Source: an uncultured Thermus sp. (GTDB lineage Bacteria > Deinococcota > Deinococci > Deinococcales > Thermaceae). Taken from it: a DNA stretch of 64,000 nucleotides. The stretch is taken from assembly GCA_947085095.1 (NCBI GenBank), contig CAMTVD010000014.1, positions 160,001 to 224,000 of the forward strand, read 5' to 3'. Below are positions 37,625 to 47,400 of the stretch, in pieces. A program made the translations under genes and the position numbers. The notes below the pieces were generated by a model. That model searched no databases. It worked only from the letters and a program-made list of their open reading frames with translations, and had not been told where the DNA came from. Position 1 is the stretch's first letter. Every line of letters begins with the position of its first letter.

Positions 37625-38343
37625 GCCTCCCCTTTCCAGAGGAGGCGGCCGCAGGAGGGGCAGCGGGTAAGCTGCCCCTGGATCACCTTCTGGGCCACGT
37701 GGGTGGGCAGGACCACGTTGCACCCCTCGCAGCGGAAGACCTGGGCCTGCCTCAGCATCCGCACTACCCCGGTGCCCTTCCGGGCCCGGCGGATGGCCTC
37801 GTACTCCTTGAGCACGGGGGCGGGGATGCCCTGGGCCATGGCCTCCCGCACCTCCTTGAGCTTGAGGATCTCCCCCTCGAGGACCTCCACCCGCTTCCGA
37901 TTTTCCCGGAGCAGCTCCTCTAGGCGGGGCCTCAGACCGGCAAGGGCTTCCTCCACCCGGGCGATCTCCGCCTCCACCTCCTCCATGGCCTCCATGATGG
38001 GGGTGGAGAGCTCCAGAAGCTCCCGGATGCGATCCTTGATCTGCTGGATGCGGTTCTCGTACTGGGTCTGCTCGCGGGCGCTTTGGGCCTGGCGCTGTTC
38101 CGCCTCGGCCTGCTTCTCCTTGGCGGTGAGGTCCTCTATGTCCAGGCTGTGCCGGTTGTAGCTCTTCCTGAGCTCCGCCTGGCGCTCCAGGAGGGCTGTG
38201 AGCTCGGCCTCCAGGGCCTCCACCTGGGCCTTCACCGAAAGGAGGTCCTGGGGAAGGGTTTCCGCCTCCTTTTGCAATCGGTCTATCTCCAGGTCCTTAT
38301 CCTGAAGCGCATAGAGTGCCCTCAGTGCCTCCGCCCCGTTCAC
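37621..38343 (-). CDS. Coiled-coil + C4 zinc-ribbon protein (DUF164/zf-RING_7 type)
   Basis: LQDKDLEI, long coiled coil, CEGC...CPSCGRLL. Confidence 0.85.
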   Translation of the reverse strand: MNGAEALRALYALQDKDLEIDRLQKEAETLPQDLLSVKAQVEALEAELTALLERQAELRKSYNRHSLDIEDLTAKEKQAEAEQRQAQSAREQTQYENRIQQIKDRIRELLELSTPIMEAMEEVEAEIARVEEALAGLRPRLEELLRENRKRVEVLEGEILKLKEVREAMAQGIPAPVLKEYEAIRRARKGTGVVRMLRQAQVFRCEGCNVVLPTHVAQKVIQGQLTRCPSCGRLLWKGEA

Positions 38344-38963
38344 GCCTCCCATTCTAACCCGGTGAGGAAGGGGTTGGTCCGGGCCTCGAGGCCCAAGGTG
38401 GTGCTGGGCCCGTGCCCGGGGTGGACCTGGGTTTCCGGGGGCAGGGAGAGAAGCCGCTTTAGGGAGCGGAAGAGGGCCTTGGGGTCGGCCCCGGGGAGAT
38501 CGTACCGGCCGATGCTTCCCCGGAAGAGGAGGTCCCCGGAGAAGACCTGGCCCCCTTCCCGGTCCAGGAAGGCCACGTGCCCCGGGCTGTGCCCGGGAAG
38601 GTGCCAGACCGCAAACCCGAAGAGGGCCATGCCTTCCTCCAGGGGCTCCACCTTCCGTGGGGGCCTAGGGATCAGGACCCCCCAACGGGCGGCCACCTCG
38701 GCGGCCCTTTCGTAGAGGGGCAGGTCCAGGGGGTGGAGGAAAACGGGGAGGCCCAAGGCCTCCACCAGGGGGGCCACGGCCCCCACGTGGTCAAAGTGGG
38801 CGTGGGTGAGGAGGATGGCCTTGGGGTTTAGCCCAGCCTCTTCCGCCAGGGCCAAGAGCCTTTCCGGATCGTCCCCCGGGTCTATGAAGACCGCCCCTTC
38901 GGGGGTTTCCACCAGGTAGGCGTTCTCCTGGAGGGGGCCGGTGGTGAGGGCGTAGGCTTTCAT
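38340..38963 (-). CDS. MBL-fold metallo-hydrolase (glyoxalase II-like)
   Basis: THAHFDH, PGHSPG, SGD, PGHG. Confidence 0.92.
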   Translation of the reverse strand: MKAYALTTGPLQENAYLVETPEGAVFIDPGDDPERLLALAEEAGLNPKAILLTHAHFDHVGAVAPLVEALGLPVFLHPLDLPLYERAAEVAARWGVLIPRPPRKVEPLEEGMALFGFAVWHLPGHSPGHVAFLDREGGQVFSGDLLFRGSIGRYDLPGADPKALFRSLKRLLSLPPETQVHPGHGPSTTLGLEARTNPFLTGLEWEA

Positions 38964-39652
38964 GGCTCCGTGGGCAGACCTTCCTGGAGCCACTCGTGCA
39001 TGGAGCCCAGGTAGTTCCGGGCCTTGACCCCGAGGCTCCTGAGGATGAAGAAGGCTACGGCGCTCCTGGCACCAGAGTGGCAGTAGACCCCCACCTCCTG
39101 ACCCGGCTCAAGCCCAAGCTGCCCCAGAAGCCCCTCGGGCTCCAGGAAGAGGTCCAGGGGGGCGTTGCGGCTTCCGGGAATGCGCCCGCCCCGGGGGCAG
39201 CAGGGGGGGTGGACCTGGCCCCTGTGCTCCTCGGGGCTCCGCACGTCCAGGAGGAAGGGGTGGTGGGCGGCCTCGTCCGCGGTGAGAAGCCAGTCCCGCC
39301 GCAGGCGGGCCACGGCGCCCGTGGGCTCGTACTGGGGCTCTGCCCTCTCCCTGGCGTAGGGCTCCCAGCCCTCGGTCCAAAGCCCCACCTCCAGCCCCCC
39401 AAGCCCCAGGAAGAAGGCGGTGCGGCAGAGGCGGCTGGTGAGGCCCTCGTCGTAGAGGACCACGGGGCTTTGGAGCCCCAGGCTTTGGAAAAGCTCGCTG
39501 AGGCCCGCCTCGAGGGCCTTGAGCTCCGCCTCCTCCCTCAGGCGGAGCCGGGGGGCGGAGAGGTCCAGGTGCCGGGCCCCGGGGAGGTGGCCGGCCTCGT
39601 AGGCGGGGCGGGGCCGGGTGTCCACCAGGACCGCATCCTCGGGAAGCTCCAT
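38960..39652 (-). CDS. Two-domain rhodanese/sulfurtransferase
   Basis: GHLPGA, GRIPGS, YCHSGARS, YLGSMHEW. Confidence 0.9.
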   Translation of the reverse strand: MELPEDAVLVDTRPRPAYEAGHLPGARHLDLSAPRLRLREEAELKALEAGLSELFQSLGLQSPVVLYDEGLTSRLCRTAFFLGLGGLEVGLWTEGWEPYARERAEPQYEPTGAVARLRRDWLLTADEAAHHPFLLDVRSPEEHRGQVHPPCCPRGGRIPGSRNAPLDLFLEPEGLLGQLGLEPGQEVGVYCHSGARSAVAFFILRSLGVKARNYLGSMHEWLQEGLPTEP

Positions 39653-39700
39653 GGTTTTGATTATAGGGGGCGCATGGGTAAGCCAATAGCGTTAGGGTAC

Positions 39701-39729
39701 TTGACAAATGTACGCGCATATGATATAAG
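39701..39729 (+). promoter_or_regulatory. Promoter of hsp20
   Basis: TTGACA-N17-TATAAG with TG extension. Confidence 0.7.
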
Positions 39730-39749
39730 CGAAAACGGAGGTGATGTGT

Positions 39750-40214
39750 ATGGCCCTGGTGCGTAGGGAGGCGCGTCCCGCCGAGATCACGCCCTTCAGG
39801 ACCTGGGGTCCCTTCTCCCTCCTGGAGGAGGCCAACCGGCTCTTTGAGGAGGTCTTGGGGGAGTTCGGCCGTCCCGTGGCCACCTACGTGGCCCCGGCTG
39901 ACCTCTACGAGACCGACGAGGCCCTGATCCTGGAGATGGCGGTGCCCGGCCTGGCCCCTGAGGACCTGGAGGTGAGCCTCGAGGGCAACAAGCTCACCGT
40001 CCGGGGCCAAGTGAAGCCGGTGGAGGAGCCCAAGGCCCGCCGCTACTACCTGCAGGAGATTCCCCACGGCTCCTTCGTGCGCACCTTCACCCTTCCCGTG
40101 GAGGTGAAGGCGGACGAGGCCAAGGCGGAGTTCCGCCACGGCATCCTCCGGCTCACCATGCCCAAGGTGGCCGAGGCCCGGGCCAAGCGGATCCCCATTG
40201 AGGTGGTCCAGTAG
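39750..40214 (+). CDS. Small heat-shock protein (Hsp20)
   Basis: PADLYE, VPGL, GSFVRTFTLP, GILRLTMPK; GGAGG RBS. Confidence 0.95.
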   Translation: MALVRREARPAEITPFRTWGPFSLLEEANRLFEEVLGEFGRPVATYVAPADLYETDEALILEMAVPGLAPEDLEVSLEGNKLTVRGQVKPVEEPKARRYYLQEIPHGSFVRTFTLPVEVKADEAKAEFRHGILRLTMPKVAEARAKRIPIEVVQ

Positions 40215-40225
40215 GGCCTAAACGC

Positions 40226-40252
40226 AAAGCCCCCGGGCATCCCCCGGGGGTT
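40226..40252. terminator. Likely bidirectional terminator between hsp20 and patB
   Basis: AAAG-CCCCCGGG-CATCC-CCCGGGGG-TT. Confidence 0.7.
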
Positions 40253-41321
40253 AGGCTTTCTTCAGGGCCTGGGTGAGTCTCCCGAGGGCCTCCTCCAGGA
40301 CCTCGGGGTAGGTGGCGAAGTTGAGGCGCACGTAGCGGTCGTACCCCTGGCCGAAGTTTTCCCCCGGGTTCAGGGCCACCCGGGCCTCCTTCAGGAGGTG
40401 GGAGGCCGCCTGGGGGAAGGGGGTTTTCAGCCAGGCCAGGTAGGTCCCCTCCGGGGGAAGGTGGAAGAGGCCCATCTCCCTGGCCCAGGCCGCCACCCGG
40501 TCCCGGTTCTGCCGGAGTTTCCCAAGGACCTCCCTGAGCCACCCCTCCCCCTCCAGGAGGGCCGCCTTCCAGGCGGCCATGGCCAGGACGTTGGGGAAGG
40601 TGGGGGGGAGGTGCCGCTTCAGGGCCTCCACCAGGGGCTTGGGCCCGATGGCCGCCCCCATGGGCAGGCCCGCCAGGTTGTAGGCCTTGCCGGGGCCCAG
40701 AAGGGTGAGGGTCCTTTCGGGGAGGAAGCGGGCCAGGGGGACGTGGGGCCTCTCGTAGGTGAGGGGGGCGTGGAGCTCGTCGGAGACCACGATGAGGTCG
40801 TGCTTGCGGGCGATCTGGGCCAAGGCGGAAAGCTCCTCTTCGGTGAAGACCCGGCCCGTGGGGTTCTGGGGGTGGCAGAAGAGGAGGAGGCGGCTGGCGT
40901 AGGCCAGGCGCTCGAGCCCCCCCAGGTCCAGGCGGTAGCCCGCCTCGGTCTCCAGGAGGGGGTTGGCCAGGAGGGTGCGCTTCTGCTCGCGGATGGCGGC
41001 CAGGAAAGGGGGGTAGATGGGCACCTGGGTCAGGACCCCTTGTCCGGGGGCGGTGAAGGCGGCCACGGCGGCGTAGAGCCCCACCACCACCCCGGGCATG
41101 AAGGCCACCTCCCCCTCCAGGCCCGTCTTTTCCAAGAGGAGGGCCTTGAGCTCCCCGTCCCCCTCCCGGGGCGGGTAGCCCAAAAACCCTTCCGCCCGCT
41201 CCTTGATGGCCTTCTGGATGGGTTCGGCCACGGGGAAGTCCATGTCCGCCACCCAGAGGGGCAGGACGTCCTCGGGGTAGGTGCCCCACTTCAGGGAGTC
41301 CTCGCGCGGGGGAAGCCTCAT
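40251..41321 (-). CDS. patB: PatB/MalY family PLP C-S lyase
   Basis: [40 protein letters not shown]. Confidence 0.9.
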   Translation of the reverse strand: MRLPPREDSLKWGTYPEDVLPLWVADMDFPVAEPIQKAIKERAEGFLGYPPREGDGELKALLLEKTGLEGEVAFMPGVVVGLYAAVAAFTAPGQGVLTQVPIYPPFLAAIREQKRTLLANPLLETEAGYRLDLGGLERLAYASRLLLFCHPQNPTGRVFTEEELSALAQIARKHDLIVVSDELHAPLTYERPHVPLARFLPERTLTLLGPGKAYNLAGLPMGAAIGPKPLVEALKRHLPPTFPNVLAMAAWKAALLEGEGWLREVLGKLRQNRDRVAAWAREMGLFHLPPEGTYLAWLKTPFPQAASHLLKEARVALNPGENFGQGYDRYVRLNFATYPEVLEEALGRLTQALKKA

Positions 41322-41343
41322 GGGGCTATCTTACCCAAGGCCC

Positions 41344-42279
41344 TTAGGTGTGGTCCTGGACCACCTCGAGGCCCATCGCCTCGAGGGCCCGCACCAGAGC
41401 CTTTACCGCCTCCTTGACCCCTTCGGTGATGAGGGGGTGGCCGAAGCGGCTGACCCCGGCATAAAGGCCGTGGGCGCTCCCCCGCACCTCCAGGAGGAGG
41501 TCCTGGGTGAGGTCCTCCTCCTCCACATGGCTGAGGACGTAGAAGCCCTTTTCCGCTTTGGCGACCTCTAGGAAGACAGCCACCCCTTGGGGGAAGCGAA
41601 CGGGGGCCTTGGGCAGGGAAAGGGCTTCGGGCAGGGTGCCTTTCAGAAGGGCGTGAGCCATGGGGTACCTCCGGATAGGGGGCCAGGGGATGGGGTCCTC
41701 GGCCACCTTGGTAAAGATGGCGTGGAAGAAGGCCCGCCCCATCTCCCGCCACTTGAGGGCGTACTTGGTAAGGAGGTGGGCCTCCGGGGGCGGCGCGGTC
41801 TCTATGCGGTAAAGCCCGGTTCTTTCCGCCTCCTCTATGGCGAAGCGGAAGTATTCCTCGTGGTCGGTGGTGAGGAGGAGCCGGCCCCCTGCGGTGAGGC
41901 GGGTGGAGAGGTGGCGGAAAAACCCCTCCCTCAGGAGCCGCTTCTCCTGGTGGCGCTTCTTGGGCCAGGGGTCGGGGAAGTTGACGATGACCTCCAAAAC
42001 GCTTCTTTCAGGAACCAGGTTTCTGAGGGCAAAGGCGCCCTCCCCCAGGTAGAGGCGGGCGTTGCGGATTCCCTCCCGCTTGAGCCGCCTGAGGGCCCGC
42101 TGGACGCTTCCCGCCGAGACCTCGGCTCCCAGGACCAGGCGCTCGGGGTGGGCCTTGGCGTAGAGGGCGGTGAAGCGGCCGTCGCCAAAGCCCACCTCCA
42201 CCGCCAAGGGCCCCTCCCGGCCGAAGAGGGCCTTGGGGCTTGGGGGAAGGTGGGGAAGGAGGGCCGGCCGGACCAGCAC
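41344..42279 (-). CDS. trmB: tRNA (guanine-N7)-methyltransferase with C-terminal extra domain
   Basis: [30 protein letters not shown] 42279 preceded by TAGAAT. Confidence 0.92.
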   Translation of the reverse strand: MLVRPALLPHLPPSPKALFGREGPLAVEVGFGDGRFTALYAKAHPERLVLGAEVSAGSVQRALRRLKREGIRNARLYLGEGAFALRNLVPERSVLEVIVNFPDPWPKKRHQEKRLLREGFFRHLSTRLTAGGRLLLTTDHEEYFRFAIEEAERTGLYRIETAPPPEAHLLTKYALKWREMGRAFFHAIFTKVAEDPIPWPPIRRYPMAHALLKGTLPEALSLPKAPVRFPQGVAVFLEVAKAEKGFYVLSHVEEEDLTQDLLLEVRGSAHGLYAGVSRFGHPLITEGVKEAVKALVRALEAMGLEVVQDHT

Positions 42280-42349
42280 GAGGGAGTATTCTAGCAAACT
42301 TTCAAAGGATTTTCACACCCCCTTTCTATGTTGGGGGAAGAGGTGGATT

Positions 42350-42898
42350 ATGGCCCTGGTGGGAAACCTCAAGGATTTACCTCTGGATGAGCTACTGCAA
42401 GCGTTGCGCTCCAGGGAAGGGGCGCTGGAGATTTGGAACGTCAAGGGGGTGGCCTCCACCACCCTTTACCTCAAGCCCGGCTACATCCGCTCCCTGGACC
42501 AGAAGGGGAAGCCCTTGCCTTCCCTGGCGGCCAAAGCGGTGCTTTTGGCCTTGCTCCAGGCGGGGGAAGGGGCCTTTGAGTTTGTCCCCGGGGCCAGACC
42601 CCCCCACAAATACCGCCTCAACTGGCCCATAGAGCGGGCCCTGCTTTCCCTGGTCACCCTCACCGATGAGATGGCCCGTCGTAAGGACCTTCCGCCCCCC
42701 GAGGCCCGCTTCCACCTGGTGAAGGCCGCGGGCCCCCTCCCCTGCCAGGACCTCCTGCAGGCCGCCTCGGACCTCCTCGCCCGGGGGGCCTCTGTGGAGG
42801 GGATCGCCAGGAGGCTTGGGGTCCCCTGGACCTACGTGGCCTTCTGCCTGCGCCGCCTGCAGGACCTGGAGGCCGTGCGCCCCACCCTGGGAGGGTAG
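42350..42898 (+). CDS. DUF4388-domain protein with possible C-terminal winged HTH
   Basis: LVGNLKDLPLDELLQAL, EGAFEF, ...SVEGIARRLGV...LRRLQDL. Confidence 0.75.
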   Translation: MALVGNLKDLPLDELLQALRSREGALEIWNVKGVASTTLYLKPGYIRSLDQKGKPLPSLAAKAVLLALLQAGEGAFEFVPGARPPHKYRLNWPIERALLSLVTLTDEMARRKDLPPPEARFHLVKAAGPLPCQDLLQAASDLLARGASVEGIARRLGVPWTYVAFCLRRLQDLEAVRPTLGG

Positions 42899-42901
42899 AC
42901 C

Positions 42902-43849
42902 GTGCGGGTGCTCTTGGTGGACGACGAGCCCCTGCAGCGCTTCCTCCTCATGCGGGCCTTGGCGCCTCTGGGGGTGGAGGTAAGCGAGGCCAGGAACGGC
43001 CAGGAGGCCCTGGACCTCCTGGCGGAAAGGCCCTACCACCTGGTCCTCACCGACCTGCACATGCCGGTGATGGACGGGCTGGAGCTCACCCGGGCCATCA
43101 AGGCCCAGGACCCCTTGCTTCCCGTCATCCTCCTCACCGCCGATGGGGAAAGGGAGGTGCGGTTGAAGGGCCTTCAGGCGGGGGCCGACGACTTCCTGAA
43201 CCGCCCCGTGGACCTCAGCGAGCTCAGGCTTCGCATCAATGGGCATTTGGAAAGGCGGCGGCTCCAGGAGGAGCTTGAGGAGCTGGAGAAAACCCTTTTC
43301 GTCCTGGTGCGGGCGGTGGAGGCCAAGGATGCCTACACCGCCGGGCACGGGGAGCGGGTGGCCCGGTACGCCCTCTTTGGTGCGGAGGAGCTGGGGGCCT
43401 CCCCTGAGGAGCTCAAGGACCTGCGCATGGGGGCTTTGCTCCACGATATCGGCAAGATCGGGATTCCCGACCATATCCTGAGGGGAGACTACCCCCTGAC
43501 CGAGGTGGAGTGGGCCCAGCTCCGCAGGCATCCGGTGCTGGGGGACGATATCCTGAAGCCCCTGAAGGCCCACCCCCGCCTCCGGCCCTACGTGCGCTGG
43601 CACCACGAGCGGCTGGACGGCTCCGGCTACCCGGATGGCCTCACCGAGGTCCCCCTCTTGGTGCAGGTGCTGAGTGCGGCGGACATCTACGACGCCCTCA
43701 CCAGCGGGCGCACCTATAGGGTGCCCCTGAAAGAGGAGGAGGCCCTCGAGGTCCTGGAGAGGGAGGCCCGGGAGGGGAGGCTCTCCCGGGAGGCGGTGCG
43801 GGCCCTAAGAAGCGGCCTCCTTCGCAACCGGGTCCTGGCCTCCCGCTAG
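42902..43849 (+). CDS. Response regulator with HD-GYP domain (RpfG-like c-di-GMP phosphodiesterase)
   Basis: LVDDE, TDLHMPVMDG, TAGHGERV, LHDIGKIG, HHERLDGSGYP. Confidence 0.9.
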   Translation: MRVLLVDDEPLQRFLLMRALAPLGVEVSEARNGQEALDLLAERPYHLVLTDLHMPVMDGLELTRAIKAQDPLLPVILLTADGEREVRLKGLQAGADDFLNRPVDLSELRLRINGHLERRRLQEELEELEKTLFVLVRAVEAKDAYTAGHGERVARYALFGAEELGASPEELKDLRMGALLHDIGKIGIPDHILRGDYPLTEVEWAQLRRHPVLGDDILKPLKAHPRLRPYVRWHHERLDGSGYPDGLTEVPLLVQVLSAADIYDALTSGRTYRVPLKEEEALEVLEREAREGRLSREAVRALRSGLLRNRVLASR

Positions 43850-45651
43850 CCCCGCTTCAGGTCCCCCAAGCCGTATTCCTCCCACCGGGCCTCCACCAGG
43901 ACCTTCACCCTGGGGTCCATTTGGATCCGCTCCGGCCAGACCCGGGTGAAGCCCTCCTCGGGAAGCTTGCGGGTGCCGTCCAGGACCAGGACCGGCCCCT
44001 CCACCCCCGGCATGACCCGGGCATCCCGCTCGGGGTCTATGTTGTTGAGGACGGCCCAGAGGAGCTCCTCCGGGGTGAGGGCGGTGTCGGGGTCGGCGAG
44101 GAGCAGAAGCCTGATCCCGGCGCTTTCCGGGTGCCTAAGAAGCCTCTCTGCCAGGGCGAAGGCCTGGAAGGGGCGCTCCTTCCTGAGGGCCACTCCCCAG
44201 ACCCCGGGCCACTGCCGCTGGGCCAGAGCCTCGGGCTCCTGGGGGAGGTGGGCGTGGGCCCTGGGGGTGAAGGGGACTTCCCCTCCCTCCTCGGGGAGCT
44301 TCCGGGTGCCGTCTATAAGGAGCTTCCCCCCATAAGCGAAGGCCCGGGAGCTGTGGTCCAGCACGTCCATGGGGCCCCGAAGGAGGAGGGTGTCCCGCCC
44401 GGGGAGGGCGTGGAGAAGGGCCTTTTGCAGGGCGGAGAATCCCGGCTTCAGGGGCTCCCCCTCGTCCACGGCCACGATGACCTTGGCGAACATCATCTGC
44501 CCCAGGCCCAGCATCCCGTAGGCCACCTTGTAGGCCTGGCCGGGGAACTCCTTCCTTAGGGCCACATTCACCCAGTTGTGGGCCACCCCCTCGGGGGGCA
44601 TGTGGTAGTCGGCGATCTCGGGAAGGACCAGGCGCAGGGCGGGGAGGAAGAGCCTCTCCGTGGCCTCAATGAGGTAGGCGTCCTCCATGGGGGGTACCCC
44701 CACGATGGTGGCGGGGTAGATGGCCCCCTGGCGGTGGGTGATGGCGGTCACGTGGAAGCGGGGGTAGAGGTCTATGGGGGTGTAAAAACCCGTGTGGTCC
44801 CCGAAGGGGCCTTCCTCCACCAGGGGTTCCTCGGGGTCTATGTACCCCTCCAGAACGATCTCCGCCTCCGCGGGCACCGGCAGGTCCACGGTGACCCCCT
44901 GGGCCAGTTCCACGGGGGCGCCGCGGAGGAAGCCCGCCAGGTGGAACTCGCTCACCCCGGGCAGGGGAGGGAGGGGGGCGGTGGCGGCGTAGGTGAGGAC
45001 CGGGTCCCCCCCCAGGGCCACGGCCACCGGGAGCTTTTGGCCGAGCTTCCTGGCCTTCTCCAGGTGGCGGCGGCCCACCTTGTGGAGTTGCCAGTGCATG
45101 GCGGTGCTCCTCCTGTCCAGAACCTGCATCCGGTACATGCCCAGGTTGAGCTCCCCCGTCTCCGGGTCCTTGGTGATGACCAGGGGGAGGGTGATAAAAG
45201 GCCCCCCGTCCAGGGGCCAGCACTTGAGGACGGGAAGCCGGGTGAGGTCCACCGCCTCCCCCTTGAGCACCACCTCCTGGACCGGGGCCCTCCTGACCCG
45301 CCTGGGGAAGAAGCCCTTTAGCAGGGGGAGTTTGGGGAGGAGGCCCATGAGGGCGGAAAGCCCGCCTTTGCCCGCCTTCAGGTCCAAGAGGCGCTCCACT
45401 TTGCGGGCGAGGTCGTCCAGTTCCCCCACCCCCAGGGCGAAGGCCGTCCGCTCCCGGGTGCCGAAAAGCCCAATGGCCACGGGGAAGTCCTTGCCCACCA
45501 CCCGCTCAAAGAGGAGGGCGGGCCCCCCCGACTTCACCATCCGGTCGGCGATCTCGGTGATCTCCAGCTCGGCGCTTACGGGCACCCTGACCCGCTTGAG
45601 CTCACCCCGCTTTTCCAAGGCCTCCAGGTAGGCCCTCAGGTTCCTGAACAC
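43846..45651 (-). CDS. mqnL: UbiD-family decarboxylase, probably menaquinone (futalosine pathway) MqnL
   Basis: NLGMYRMQ, EGPFGDHTGFY, PPMED, GLGQMMFAK; 601 aa long form. Confidence 0.8.
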   Translation of the reverse strand: MFRNLRAYLEALEKRGELKRVRVPVSAELEITEIADRMVKSGGPALLFERVVGKDFPVAIGLFGTRERTAFALGVGELDDLARKVERLLDLKAGKGGLSALMGLLPKLPLLKGFFPRRVRRAPVQEVVLKGEAVDLTRLPVLKCWPLDGGPFITLPLVITKDPETGELNLGMYRMQVLDRRSTAMHWQLHKVGRRHLEKARKLGQKLPVAVALGGDPVLTYAATAPLPPLPGVSEFHLAGFLRGAPVELAQGVTVDLPVPAEAEIVLEGYIDPEEPLVEEGPFGDHTGFYTPIDLYPRFHVTAITHRQGAIYPATIVGVPPMEDAYLIEATERLFLPALRLVLPEIADYHMPPEGVAHNWVNVALRKEFPGQAYKVAYGMLGLGQMMFAKVIVAVDEGEPLKPGFSALQKALLHALPGRDTLLLRGPMDVLDHSSRAFAYGGKLLIDGTRKLPEEGGEVPFTPRAHAHLPQEPEALAQRQWPGVWGVALRKERPFQAFALAERLLRHPESAGIRLLLLADPDTALTPEELLWAVLNNIDPERDARVMPGVEGPVLVLDGTRKLPEEGFTRVWPERIQMDPRVKVLVEARWEEYGLGDLKRG

Positions 45652-45694
45652 GCCCCTAAGCTTACCGGAAGGGAGGAGGGGGACGGGTTTAGGG

Positions 45695-46033
45695 CTACAC
45701 TTCCAGGACCAGGTGCTCCAGGTGGAAGGCCTTGGGGCTGCCGTGGACCAGGACGGCCTCGAGGCGCACGGGGAGGTCGTCCCGCCCCAGGAGGAAGCGG
45801 GCGCTCTTGAGGAGGCGCGCCACTTTCCTGGGGGTGATGGCCTCCAAAGGGGTACCGAAGGCGGCCGAACCCCTTTGCTTCACCTCCACCACCACGTAGA
45901 CCCCGTCTTTCTCCAGGAAGAGGTCCACCTCGCCGAAGGGGGTGCGGCGGTTTTTCCAGAGGAGGCGGTAGCCCTCTTCCAGGAGGTGCCTTAGGGCCAC
46001 CTCCTCCGCCCAGCGGCCCTTCAGGGTGCCCAT
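45695..46033 (-). CDS. YraN family (UPF0102) putative nuclease
   Basis: GRWAEE, GEVDL, VVEVK, EAITPRK. Confidence 0.9.
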   Translation of the reverse strand: MGTLKGRWAEEVALRHLLEEGYRLLWKNRRTPFGEVDLFLEKDGVYVVVEVKQRGSAAFGTPLEAITPRKVARLLKSARFLLGRDDLPVRLEAVLVHGSPKAFHLEHLVLEV

Positions 46034-47355
46034 TCCTGGTAAAGCTCCCCGTCCAGGTAGAGGCGGAAGCGGGCCTCCCCCTGGACCCTGTAACCGCCCT
46101 CCAGCCTCAGCCCTTCCTGGCCTGGCCCCTCGTAGACCACCTGCTCCCCCCTCTCGTCCAGGAGCACCAGGCGCACCTGGCGTCCCGTGGCCTCTGGGGG
46201 CAGGTTCAGGGCCAGGTGGACGGTGCGTCCCTGGGGCTCGGGGGGCGAGGGGGGAGCGGGAGGGAGAAGGACCTCCCCCCGCACCGCCACCCGGATCCGC
46301 ACCCCGCCCCCTGGGGGCATGGGGGTCCCCGGGGCGGGGTCCTGGGCCAGGACCAGGCCCCCGGGGGCCCCGGAGGGCACCTCCTCCACCTGGGTCTGGA
46401 GCCCGGCGGCGTTGAGGAGGAAAAGGGCTTCCTCTCGGAAAAGCCCCGTGAGCTTGGGCAGGGGAACGGTGGCCCCGGTTCCCTGCCCCTGGGAAAGAAG
46501 GAGGCGCACCCCGCTTCCCGGGGGCATGGGGGTTCCCGGGGGCGGATCGCTACCCAGGACCACCCCTAAGGCCTCGGGGCTTTCCACCCAGGCCTTCTTC
46601 TCTACCCGAAGGCCCAGCTCCCTGAGCCTGGCTTCCGCGTCCTCTTCCCTGAGGCCCTGGAGGTTGGGCAGGGGGTTGAGGCGGGCCTGGTTGAGGACGA
46701 GGCGCACGGTGCGCCCCTCCCTCAGCCGGGTGCCGGGAGGGGGTTCCTGGGCCAGGACCACCTCCTTGGGCTTGGTGGGGTCGTTGCCCTCGGCCACCTC
46801 GAGGGCCAGCCCCGTGTCCTTGAGGAGCAGAAAGGCCTCCCGGGCCGTCTTGCCCACCAGGTCGGGGACGGGGTACTCCGGGGGGTTGAGGTAGCGGTAA
46901 AGCCCTTGGGCAAATAGCCAAAGGCCTAGGGCCAGGAGGAGAAGGCCAGGGGCCACCCCGAGGAGGCGGTTCCGGCCCTTGCCCCTCACCCGGTGCTCCC
47001 CCTCCAGGGGCCAGGGGGAGAGGTAGGCCACCCCCTCCTCGGCCATGGCCAGGTGTTCCCGGCCAAAGCCCAGGGGGGCCAGGGCGGCCAGGGCCTCCTT
47101 GGGGGGGGCTTTGCGGGAGCCGCTCTTTTCCGGAAAGAAGACGTAATGCCGCCCGGGTTTTGCCGAGATGTGGGCCTCCAGAAGCCCCAGTTCCTGCAGG
47201 CGGCGCACCGCGGCCCTGTAGCGGTAGAAGCGCTCCTTGTCCTCGGGGGTCTTGACCTCAAAGAAGAAAACCCACCCCCCCTCCACCCGGTAAAGGGTAG
47301 TGCCCCCCTGGGCCTTTAGGGTCTCCAGCACCGGGTAGCGGTCATCCAAGAGCAT
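46021..47355 (-). CDS. Membrane protein with three PASTA domains and degenerate kinase-like N-terminus
   Basis: One TM; VPDLVGK, LPNLQGL, LPKLTGL repeats with VLAQEP/VLGSDP/VLAQDP. Confidence 0.85.
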   Translation of the reverse strand: MLLDDRYPVLETLKAQGGTTLYRVEGGWVFFFEVKTPEDKERFYRYRAAVRRLQELGLLEAHISAKPGRHYVFFPEKSGSRKAPPKEALAALAPLGFGREHLAMAEEGVAYLSPWPLEGEHRVRGKGRNRLLGVAPGLLLLALGLWLFAQGLYRYLNPPEYPVPDLVGKTAREAFLLLKDTGLALEVAEGNDPTKPKEVVLAQEPPPGTRLREGRTVRLVLNQARLNPLPNLQGLREEDAEARLRELGLRVEKKAWVESPEALGVVLGSDPPPGTPMPPGSGVRLLLSQGQGTGATVPLPKLTGLFREEALFLLNAAGLQTQVEEVPSGAPGGLVLAQDPAPGTPMPPGGGVRIRVAVRGEVLLPPAPPSPPEPQGRTVHLALNLPPEATGRQVRLVLLDERGEQVVYEGPGQEGLRLEGGYRVQGEARFRLYLDGELYQEWAP

Positions 47356-47400
47356 GCGCCGCCGATTATACCTCCTTCCCCACCTTATACTCAGGGTGGT

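Noticed and set aside
39690..39730. CIRCE or HAIR operator at hsp20
   Set aside because: No adequate match to TTAGCACTC-N9-GAGTGCTAA or CTTGAGT-N7-ACTCAAG; only weak dyad symmetry
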